Shown piece by piece: positions 8,690-15,929 of a stretch of DNA of 41,374 nt (its first letter is position 1; every line of letters starts with the position of its first letter). The position numbers were made by a program, and so were the translations under genes. Source of the stretch: an uncultured Lentisphaerota bacterium. GTDB lineage: Bacteria; Verrucomicrobiota; Kiritimatiellia; RFP12; UBA1067. The stretch spans positions 1 to 41,374 of the forward strand of contig ONTV01000003.1 in the NCBI GenBank assembly GCA_900320855.1, in the 5' to 3' direction. The notes below the pieces were generated by a model. It saw only the letters and a program-made list of their open reading frames with translations, made no database searches and was not told the origin of the DNA.

Positions 8690-8820
8690 TATTCAATTAT
8701 TGATCATTCCCATTCGATTTATTCAAACATTCGATTATTCGATCATTCGACCATTCGATTATTTCCCATCTCCCATTCCCCATTCGATCATTCAAACATT
8801 CGATTATTCGATCATTTCTC
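8690..8820 (+). repeat. Octamer tandem-repeat array D (plus orientation), ending CATTCGATTATTCGATCATTTCTC at the stop codon of the 8819..9994 gene
   Basis: CATTCGATT/CATTCGATC/CATTCGACC units with interspersed CCCAT(C/T)TCCC units. Divergent with respect to array C. Confidence 0.85.
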
Positions 8821-9994
8821 AATGACTCATATTCACGACATCGTCTTCCGTCCAGTAGGCAGCACCTGCCGCCGCATTGGCATCTAGCGACTCACGCGAA
8901 ACCCACGGCGGGAAGGTCTTCCCGTTCGGGCCCGCCGACCACAGCACATACGATTGGTAAGGAGCCGGCGAATAGTAGTAAAAGTCGTTCTGCCATCCAT
9001 CGACGACCGTGACGCCATCCAGAATGTACTGACCAGAGGTCGAGTCGTTTGCGTAGCCTCCGGGAGAATAGATTTCCGTCTCTGTCGAAACAATCGGCCC
9101 TCCTGCGTCCTGCGACTCCGGATCGCGGATGTCAACCCCATAGAACGTCGTGGGGTGACCATATCGGCAGATCCCCTCCAGATTTGGTAGCCACCGCGCA
9201 CAGACAGATTGGGATGGAATATTCGCCACATGGGCCAAGTCGGATGGCGTTTCGCTATTGGCATAGTTTTGTACGCTCTGCCAATTGGCAAACCGCCTCC
9301 CCGACAAGGGGTCACACGGCAGGGTGTTGTTGTCAAGCCACTGCTCATGATCACGGAAGAGAGACGACTCCGAGTCCATCATCACGAGATAGCGCGGCAG
9401 AAGAAAGCTCATCAGACCGAATTGGAAAATCTGCACTTCGCGCCAATCGCTCTCGTTGTTGTAGGCGCTCAACCCCGTCACCTCAACGGAGAAGCCGCCG
9501 CCGTATTTGTTTTTCTGGTTCTCGCTGAGACCGCTGGCATTAGATTCTTGGACAAGCAAGTCAGAAGTTGCCTGCGCCCACTGCCGCCAGTTGGCGTCTT
9601 GCGGGAAGGGGAACTTACAGGCTAACGGCTGGGCTCGACAGGCGGCCTGAACCTGCTCCCAGTCATCCGCTTCGTCCTGCGAATTGTTCACCGAATGACT
9701 GCTACGGTCGAACCAACTCCACTTCAAGTCTTGCTCATCGTCTACGCTCTGGATGCCGTGACCAGAGACCTTGAGCCGATAATTGCGGCTCCCTTGTAGA
9801 CGGACGGGCGGATAGGAGCCGAATGCCGCATAGTAGCCAGAAAGACAGTTTTCAAGTTTCTGCAGCCGCGCAACCGTCGTCGTCCGAGCCGACTGGCTTG
9901 AACCGATTGACGACAGGCGGAACGTCATCGTCATCAGCGTGACGAGCACGACGACGACAACCAGCAGTTCGACGAGTGTGAAACCTTTTTTCAT
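8819..9994 (-). CDS. Large GspG-family prepilin-like protein (391 aa), first gene of the pseudopilin operon
   Basis: 'MKKGFTLVELLVVVVVLVTLMTM' and C-terminal 'DGWQNDFYYYSPAPYQSYVLWSAGPNGK' (the T2SS-G 'DPWGxPY...S.G.DG' pattern). Start set at the ATG at 9994. Confidence 0.75.
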   Translation of the reverse strand: MKKGFTLVELLVVVVVLVTLMTMTFRLSSIGSSQSARTTTVARLQKLENCLSGYYAAFGSYPPVRLQGSRNYRLKVSGHGIQSVDDEQDLKWSWFDRSSHSVNNSQDEADDWEQVQAACRAQPLACKFPFPQDANWRQWAQATSDLLVQESNASGLSENQKNKYGGGFSVEVTGLSAYNNESDWREVQIFQFGLMSFLLPRYLVMMDSESSLFRDHEQWLDNNTLPCDPLSGRRFANWQSVQNYANSETPSDLAHVANIPSQSVCARWLPNLEGICRYGHPTTFYGVDIRDPESQDAGGPIVSTETEIYSPGGYANDSTSGQYILDGVTVVDGWQNDFYYYSPAPYQSYVLWSAGPNGKTFPPWVSRESLDANAAAGAAYWTEDDVVNMSH

Positions 9995-10003
9995 TCTTCG
10001 CGC

Positions 10004-10012
10004 ATTATACCA
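10004..10012 (-). promoter_or_regulatory. Extended -10 (TGGTATAAT) for the pseudopilin operon, 9 nt upstream of the ATG at 9994
   Basis: Reverse complement of 10004..10012 is TGGTATAAT. Confidence 0.5.
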
Positions 10013-10046
10013 CATCCCCCCAAATCCCCGCAAGCACCCCACGAAA

Positions 10047-10167
10047 AAATGAGAATTCAATGCGGAATTCTTTTTCGGCTGCCCCCGCGTGCTGCTACCA
10101 CTCCCGCCTCGCCTGCGTCTGTCACCACGTTGGCTTTTGCCACAAAGAACACACGCGCGCTTCGCGC
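10047..10167 (+). repeat. 121-bp dispersed repeat, copy 1
   Basis: 116 of 121 positions identical to 11182..11302. Contains the hairpin AGAATTC-AATGCG-GAATTCT followed by TTTT. Confidence 0.9.
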
Positions 10168-10373
10168 GCCACAAAAGAGAACGGAGACAAGAAGTAGAGA
10201 GAAAAGAGCAGGGGGGTAAGGTGTAAGGAGAAATTGACCACCACACTTACTCCCTCCTACTTTCTCCTTGCTCCTTCCTCCTTCTTGCTCCTTCTCGTCG
10301 AGAACGGGGCGAAGCGCTTTCGTGTTTCGACGAGCGGCTTGGACGCTTTCGTGTCCCGCGCCAGCGGGCTTTC

Positions 10374-10421
10374 GTGAACGGCGCACCGCGCCGTTTCGTG
10401 TCCGCGCGAAGCGCCAGCCCC
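10374..10421 (+). repeat. 48-bp REP-like unit, copy 1 (hairpin AACGGCGC-ACC-GCGCCGTT followed by TCGTGTCCGCGCGAAGCGCC)
   Basis: 45 of 48 positions identical to 24232..24279. Confidence 0.9.
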
Positions 10422-10422
10422 C

Positions 10423-10451
10423 TTGACAAATTCGCAATTCGCGAATACAAT
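10423..10451 (+). promoter_or_regulatory. Near-consensus sigma70 promoter, TTGACA-17-TACAAT, with the palindrome ATTCGCGAAT in the spacer
   Basis: TTGACA at 10423..10428 and TACAAT at 10446..10451. The ATG at 10459 is 7 nt downstream, so the mRNA may be leaderless. Confidence 0.65.
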
Positions 10452-10458
10452 ACACGCC

Positions 10459-10959
10459 ATGATCAAAGGACAAGATCTCGTCGTTCTGTCCGTTCTCATG
10501 GAGAACGGTGCGGACAAGTTCGCCTACGCGGAACTTGGCCAACTCGCGCACGTCAGCGCTTCTGAAGCGCACGCCGCCGTCCGACGGCTGAAGGAATCCG
10601 TCCTGCTCAACGAGGGACGCCGACCCATTCGGCGAAACGTCTGCGAATTCTTCGTCCACGGCTTGCGCTATTCGTTCCCGATGCGCCCTTCCGGGAAGCG
10701 CACAAGGGGAATTCCGACGTCATATGCGGCGCCTGTCGCGACCGATGCGTTCGCCGCGACAGGCCTTCTGCCCGTCTGGGAATGCCCAAACGGAACTGTC
10801 TTCGGACAAGCGGTCGAACCCGTCTACCACACGGCCCCCGAAGCGGCCAGAGGAAACCGAGGCGTCTACGATCGACTGGCGCTAATCGACATGCTGCGCG
10901 GCGGCCGCACGCGCGAGCGGCTGTTTGCCGAACATAAACTGGAGGAAATCCTGTCATGA
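10459..10959 (+). CDS. Small winged-helix (MarR-like N-terminus) DNA-binding protein, function unknown
   Basis: 'DLVVLSVLMENGADKFAYAELGQLAHVSASEAHAAVRRLKESVLL' looks like a wHTH. The C-terminal ~100 aa are not recognised. The ORF-caller start at 10423 is the TTG of the -35 hexamer. Confidence 0.6.
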   Translation: MIKGQDLVVLSVLMENGADKFAYAELGQLAHVSASEAHAAVRRLKESVLLNEGRRPIRRNVCEFFVHGLRYSFPMRPSGKRTRGIPTSYAAPVATDAFAATGLLPVWECPNGTVFGQAVEPVYHTAPEAARGNRGVYDRLALIDMLRGGRTRERLFAEHKLEEILS

Positions 10960-10986
10960 CGACAGTCGAGACGGCCATTCTAACCC

Positions 10987-11113
10987 GCTCTCCGCCTCAT
11001 CCCCCCAAATCTCCACAGACGGGCGGTCGGTGGCCGCGACCACGAAAGCCGACGGCGCCGCGCGCCGACGGCCACGAACGCGCCCTACGGGCGACACGAA
11101 ACCCGCCATCGCC
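10987..11113 (+). repeat. 127-bp repeat module, copy 1
   Basis: About 89% identical (113 of 127) to 24280..24406. Core: GGTGGCCGCGACCACGAAAGCCGACGGCGCCG. Confidence 0.85.
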
Positions 11114-11181
11114 TCATGTCGAGGCACGAAAACGCTTCGCATGCCTCTCGACCTTCAATCCGCTCCTAACGCCCTTTCGCG

Positions 11182-11302
11182 AAATGAGAATTCAATGCGG
11201 AATTCTTTTTCGGCTGTCCCCGCATTCTGCTACCACTCTCGCCTCGCCTGCGTCTGTCACCTCGTTGGCTTTTGCCACAAAGAACACACGCGCGCTTCGC
11301 GC
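11182..11302 (+). repeat. 121-bp dispersed repeat, copy 2
   Basis: See 10047..10167. Same orientation, 5 mismatches. Confidence 0.9.
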
Positions 11303-11419
11303 ACCAAGCCTCTGCCACTTGGCGTCCGATGGCCGCGACAAAGGATTGGAAACACAGAATCTTTCCCCCAAACCCAGAACCATCTCTACGCCCTCGCGCG
11401 ACATCATCGCGCGAGGGCC

Positions 11420-11449
11420 TTGACAGCGAATTCACGCTTTTGATAGACT
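11420..11449 (+). promoter_or_regulatory. Orphan sigma70-type promoter, TTGACA-18-TAGACT (TGA extension), firing into a non-coding AT-rich stretch
   Basis: TTGACA at 11420..11425 and TGATAGACT at 11441..11449. No plausible ORF lies within about 170 nt downstream. Confidence 0.4.
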
Positions 11450-11624
11450 GTTCGTGTTTCTGATAATGAAATCGAGGTGAAATTTAGTTTTTGGAACAAC
11501 GAAATTTTCACATGAATTCGTTCTTCTGACAATGAAATTGCTTCTGCGAGAACGAAAAATCGCAAGAGCGAAATCGATTCTGCGATAACAAAAGTCACAA
11601 TAATAAATTGACGAGGTTCACCAC

Positions 11625-12038
11625 TTGGGCAAGGACTGGTCGTTGCTGATCAAGAACGTCTTTGACCAGTTCCCGTCGTTGTCCATCGTCTACAGCGGGT
11701 CGTCCTTGCTCCAGATCGAGACGGCGCGGGGCGACCTTTCGCGTCGCCAGGGATGCTACGAGCTGAAGGGCCTGTCGTTTCGCGAGTTTCTGGCTTTCGA
11801 GGGCGTCTACCGGGGCGATGTCGTGCAATTGGAAGACTTGCTGAGGCATCATCGCGAGATCGCGCAGCCGCTTCTCTCGGCGTTCAAGGTCTTGCCGCTG
11901 TTTGACCGCTATCTTCGCCAAGGGTACTATCCGTTCTACAGGGAGCCGGGCGGACTGTACGAACAGCGTCTGGGCGACGAAACGGAACTTGGGCTGGGGA
12001 ACAAGATTCCGCTTTGGCTGTTTGGGTTCCTGTATTGA
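11625..12038 (+). pseudogene. Truncated AAA+ ATPase remnant (AAA_14/DUF4143-type)
   Basis: 'SIVYSGSSLLQIETARGDLSRRQGCYELKGLSFREFLAFEG' matches the mid-region of the AAA_14 family. There is no Walker A region upstream, the start is a TTG, and it is only 137 aa against roughly 400 aa for intact members. Confidence 0.55.
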
Positions 12039-12072
12039 GGCCTCGCACCTCTCGACGCCTCTCCCAACGCCG

Positions 12073-13440
12073 TCAGTTCTTGAACGAGTGGATCGGCGCG
12101 GGGATGCGGCCGGTGCGGGCGATGAACGCCTCGCACGAGAACGGCGAAACGCGCATCACGGGCGCGTGTCCGAGAAGGCCGCCGAACTCGACCGTGTCGC
12201 CGACCTTCTTGCCCGCGACGGGAATGACGCGCACGGCCGTCGTCTTCTGGTTGACCATGCCGATCGCCGCCTCGTCCGCGATGATGCCGGCGATCGAGCT
12301 CGCGGGCGTGTCGCCCGGAATCGCGATCATGTCGAGACCGACCGAGCAGACGCACGTCATCGCCTCAAGTTTCTCGATCGTGAGCGCGCCCGCGTTCACC
12401 GCGTCGATCATTCCCTGGTCTTCCGAGACGGGGATGAACGCGCCGGAGAGTCCGCCGACGTAGGAGCTCGCCATGACGCCGCCCTTCTTGACCTGGTCGT
12501 TCAGGAGCGCGAGCGCGGCGGTCGTCCCCGGCGCGCCCGGCTGTTCGAGCCCGATCTCCTTCAGGATGTCCGCGACCGAATCGCCGACGGCCGGCGTCGG
12601 CGCGAGCGAGAGGTCGATGATGCCGAACGGCACGCCGAGACGCCGCGAGGCCTCCTGCGCGACGAGCTGTCCGACGCGCGTGATCTTGAACGCCGTCTTC
12701 TTGACCGTCTCGCAGAGGACCTCGAACGACTCGCCGCGACAGGAATGCCGCAGGACGTGGTTCACGACGCCCGGGCCGGAGACGCCGACGTTGATGACCG
12801 CGTCGCCCTCCGTCACGCCATGGAATGCGCCGGCCATGAACGGATTGTCGTCCGGCGCGTTGCAGAGGACGACGAGCTTCGCGCAGCCGATCGAGTCGCG
12901 GTCGGCCGTCTTCGCCGCCGTCTCCTTGACGATCTCGCCCATGAGCCGCACGGCGTCCATGTCGAGGCCCGTCTTCGTCGAGCCGACGTTCACCGACGCG
13001 CAGAGATGCTCGGTCGTCGCCATCGCCTCGGGAATCGAGCGGATCAGCAGTTCGTCCGCCCGCGTCATGCCCTTCGAGACGACGGCCGAGTAGCCGCCGA
13101 TGAAGTTGACGCCGAGACGCTTCGCCGCGCGGTCGAGGGTCTTCGCGAGACGCACGAAGTCCTTCGGCTTCCGGCAGCACGCCGCGCCGACCAGGGACAT
13201 CGGCGTGAGGGAGATGCGCTTGTTGACGATCGGCACGCCGAACTCGCGCCCGATCTCGTCGCCCGTCTTCACGAGGTCCTTCGCATAGCGCAGGAGCTTC
13301 TCGGAGACGTTGTCGCACGTCTTCGCGAGCGAGGCGTCGATGCAGTCAAGAAGCGAGAGGCCCAGCGTGATGGTCCGGACATCGAGGTTCTCCTCGAGGA
13401 TCATCTTGTTCGTTTCGAGGACTTCAGCGAGGTTGATCAT
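12073..13440 (-). CDS. UPF0210/DUF711 family protein (PFL4705-like)
   Basis: '[33 protein letters not shown]...' through '...[11 protein letters not shown]' is the typical UPF0210 sequence. Start set at 13440. Confidence 0.8.
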   Translation of the reverse strand: MINLAEVLETNKMILEENLDVRTITLGLSLLDCIDASLAKTCDNVSEKLLRYAKDLVKTGDEIGREFGVPIVNKRISLTPMSLVGAACCRKPKDFVRLAKTLDRAAKRLGVNFIGGYSAVVSKGMTRADELLIRSIPEAMATTEHLCASVNVGSTKTGLDMDAVRLMGEIVKETAAKTADRDSIGCAKLVVLCNAPDDNPFMAGAFHGVTEGDAVINVGVSGPGVVNHVLRHSCRGESFEVLCETVKKTAFKITRVGQLVAQEASRRLGVPFGIIDLSLAPTPAVGDSVADILKEIGLEQPGAPGTTAALALLNDQVKKGGVMASSYVGGLSGAFIPVSEDQGMIDAVNAGALTIEKLEAMTCVCSVGLDMIAIPGDTPASSIAGIIADEAAIGMVNQKTTAVRVIPVAGKKVGDTVEFGGLLGHAPVMRVSPFSCEAFIARTGRIPAPIHSFKN

Positions 13441-13444
13441 GGCC

Positions 13445-13717
13445 TTACACCCGGTGCATTTTCTCGAAGATTTCGGACTTCTGGCAGCGGATGCGCAGCC
13501 CGATGTCCGTGCCGAGCTTCGCAAGCTCCGCGCCGACCTTGTCGAACGGCTTCCGGCACGCCGCGCCGTCGACGATCATCATCATGTTGAAGTAGCCGCC
13601 GACGACGGTCTGCGAGATGTCGAGGATGTTGATGCCGTTCTTGGCGAGATACGCGCTCGTCTTCGCGATGATGCCGACGGTGTCCTTGCCGACGACGGTG
13701 ATGATGACTTTCTTCAT
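13445..13717 (-). CDS. ACT-domain protein (UPF0237 family), the usual partner of UPF0210
   Basis: '[49 protein letters not shown]'. SD AAGGA lies upstream of the ATG at 13717. Confidence 0.8.
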   Translation of the reverse strand: MKKVIITVVGKDTVGIIAKTSAYLAKNGINILDISQTVVGGYFNMMMIVDGAACRKPFDKVGAELAKLGTDIGLRIRCQKSEIFEKMHRV

Positions 13718-13748
13718 GTCCGAGTCCTTTCTTTTCTTCAAGCCCTTG

Positions 13749-14264
13749 TCACGAATCGTGGAAAAGCAGCCCCTTCTCCGTGACGACGCGCGTCGCCGCC
13801 GGATAGTCGAACGACGGCTCCGCCTCCAGCCGCGCGACGAACTGCGCGGCCTCCCACTTCGCCATCGCGAGGTCGTGCAGGCGGAAATTCCCGCACGTCT
13901 CGGCCGTCGTGCCCGGCACGACGCCGTCGTAGTCGCGGCAGTGGCGGAACGCGGCGAGAACGAGCGGACAGATCTCCTGCGGCGTGGGCCGCCCCTTCAC
14001 GAGCAGGTAGTTGCCCGTGAGACAGCCCATCGGCCCCCAGTAGACGATGCGCTCCTTCCACGTCGGATCGTTTCGCAGATACGTCGCGACGATGTGCTCG
14101 ATCGTGTGGAGCGCGTTCGGATGAACGGCGGGCTCCGCGTTCGGGCGCTTCATGCGAACGTCGAACGTCGTCACGAAGTCGCCGCCGACGGCATCGACGC
14201 GCGACACGTAGATGCCGGGACGGATCTTCGTGTGGTCTACCTGAAAACTTGCGATCAGTTCCAT
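13749..14264 (-). CDS. luxS: S-ribosylhomocysteine lyase
   Basis: 'FQVDHTKIRPGIYVSR', the 'HTIEH' metal motif and 'GPMGCLTG'. Start set at the ATG at 14264. Confidence 0.9.
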   Translation of the reverse strand: MELIASFQVDHTKIRPGIYVSRVDAVGGDFVTTFDVRMKRPNAEPAVHPNALHTIEHIVATYLRNDPTWKERIVYWGPMGCLTGNYLLVKGRPTPQEICPLVLAAFRHCRDYDGVVPGTTAETCGNFRLHDLAMAKWEAAQFVARLEAEPSFDYPAATRVVTEKGLLFHDS

Positions 14265-14421
14265 GCCTGTTCCTCTCTCGTTCCTCGTTTGCTCTCCGTG
14301 TTCTCGCGCCGCGTTTCCTATTCCCGCGCGGCCGGACGATTCGCCAGCTCGACGCGAACCGTCGCGCCGCGCACGATGTCCGCATGCCGCAGCGGTTCGC
14401 ACGCGCCCTTCGCCCTCGCGT

Positions 14422-15852
14422 TCATCGCGACGCTTTCTTGCGAATGACGGGAATCTGCGCGGCCGCGACGGACTGTCCGAGGCGACGCGCCTTCTCGTCG
14501 GGCATGAAGACGTCGATCTTTTCGGCCCATTCAGGATAGACGTCCGCGAGAAGCGTCTTTGCCGTCTCGACGATCACCTCGCCGCCAAGGCCCGACGTCA
14601 CGCGCCCGAGGACCATCAGGTTCTCGTAGTCGTAGAACTCGCTGTACCACGGAATCGCGTGCGCAAGGAAGCGCCCGATCTGCACGTAGACCTTGAGGGC
14701 GCGCGCGTCGCCCTTCTCCATGGCCTCCTGCACGGTCTTCAGACGCTCCGGCAGCTTCATCGCCTTCGGAAACTTGAAGCCGTAGTCCTCGGCCAGCCAG
14801 TTGACGGCCTGCTGCGAGAACGCCATCGCGCCGACACCCGCGTCTCCCGACCACTCGTCCTTCGGCGCGCACGGATTGAAGTCCACCGGGGCGAACGCGA
14901 GTTCGCTGATGCGTCCCGTCATGCGGCCCTTCGGATCGACGTAGCCGACGGCCTCGGACGAACCCATCGCGACGCCGAGGATGCCCTTGCGGCCCATCGT
15001 GATCATGCCCGCGAGCGCCGTCACGTCGCCATCGTTGTAGACGGCAAACGGCACGCCCCAGTCCTTCTCGATGCGGTTGAAGAGGTTCTGCGCCTCCGGG
15101 AACTTCTCCGGATTCTTCTCCTTCACCGCGCGCAGGAGCGAGGCGAGGCCGAACTTCTGCCCGACGAGGACGCCCGCCGTCGAGCCGCCGATCGCATCGA
15201 CGCGCGGCAGGGACGCGGCCGCCTCCTTGAGGCCGTTCGTCAGCATCGCGTAGTGGTATTCGGGGTCGGCGTTGTTGCGCGGATCCCACGGGAACTCCTT
15301 CGAGAAGACGACCTTCCCCTTGTTGAGGGCCGAGATCTTGAAGTCCGACGCGCCGAGGTCGAAGCCCAGGCGGCAGCCGTCCGCCACCGTCTTGACGAGG
15401 GCCGTCTTCTCGCAGGCCTCCGGCATTTTCGCGAGCGGCACGACGACGGCCTCGACGGGACGCCCGTAGATCGACGTGAAGAAGTCGTAGTCGAACGCGC
15501 GCGCGCCCTTCTTCGTGTAGGCCTTCGCGATAGGCTTGACGATCGCGTCCGGGCCCGCGAGGTAGAGTTTCCAGCCGCCCGCCGCCCAGACGATGAACTT
15601 CGCGATGCGCTCGACGACGAGCGAAACGAACTTCGTCGCCTCCGGATCGAGCCGCTTCGGAACCGGCAGGTCGTAGCGGAAGATCTGGCCGTTCTCGCGC
15701 TCCCACGCGATCGCGACGACCTGGGCGTTCGCCTTCGTGTCGATGCCGTCGTAGATTTGCCAGAGCGCGCTCATCGGCGCGACGAACTCGGCGTGGTGGT
15801 GGCAAGAGCACGTCGCCGTGCCGCCATGCTTCTTTCCGCAGGAACAGGCCAT
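14422..15852 (-). CDS. ROK/ASKHA-type sugar-kinase-like protein with an extra N-terminal domain and an N-terminal Cys/His cluster
   Basis: 'GFDLGASDFKISAL', 'AIGGSTAGVLVG', 'VYNDGDVTALAGM' and 'GVAMGSSEAVGYV' resemble ROK/glucokinase phosphate and adenosine motifs. The N-terminus is 'MACSCGKKHGGTATCSCHHH'. SD AAGGAG lies before the ATG at 15852. Confidence 0.6.
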   Translation of the reverse strand: MACSCGKKHGGTATCSCHHHAEFVAPMSALWQIYDGIDTKANAQVVAIAWERENGQIFRYDLPVPKRLDPEATKFVSLVVERIAKFIVWAAGGWKLYLAGPDAIVKPIAKAYTKKGARAFDYDFFTSIYGRPVEAVVVPLAKMPEACEKTALVKTVADGCRLGFDLGASDFKISALNKGKVVFSKEFPWDPRNNADPEYHYAMLTNGLKEAAASLPRVDAIGGSTAGVLVGQKFGLASLLRAVKEKNPEKFPEAQNLFNRIEKDWGVPFAVYNDGDVTALAGMITMGRKGILGVAMGSSEAVGYVDPKGRMTGRISELAFAPVDFNPCAPKDEWSGDAGVGAMAFSQQAVNWLAEDYGFKFPKAMKLPERLKTVQEAMEKGDARALKVYVQIGRFLAHAIPWYSEFYDYENLMVLGRVTSGLGGEVIVETAKTLLADVYPEWAEKIDVFMPDEKARRLGQSVAAAQIPVIRKKASR

Positions 15853-15929
15853 TGTCAGATCTCCTTTTGTCGTGTGTGTTGTCGTTGTTTCGCGAATTTG
15901 AATTTGATGAATTTGATGAAAGCGTCGTG

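Noticed and set aside
1126-8820. The octamer-repeat arrays as a CRISPR array.
   Set aside because: The unit length is about 8 bp with no unique spacers of regular length. The arrays are degenerate tandem repeats, and there are no cas genes in the window.
10956-11423. ORF 10956..11423 (155 aa) as a toxin partner of the wHTH gene, suggested by their ATGA overlap.
   Set aside because: After about 10 codons it reads straight through the 127-bp and 121-bp repeat elements, giving a Pro/Arg/Ser/Thr-rich product. At best it is a destroyed remnant. It is mentioned only inside the cassette finding.
11404-11598. Small minus-strand ORF (64 aa, 'ISL'-rich) in the AT-rich stretch.
   Set aside because: The periodic peptide reflects the underlying DNA repeats. 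There is no RBS, no promoter on that strand and no recognisable fold.
14265-14421. A possible SAM/SAH-type riboswitch in the ~155-nt leader of luxS.
   Set aside because: I could see some inverted repeats (GCGAACCG...CGGTTCGC), but none of the conserved SAH, SAM-I or SAM-II core sequences. This cannot be supported without a covariance-model search (Infernal/Rfam).
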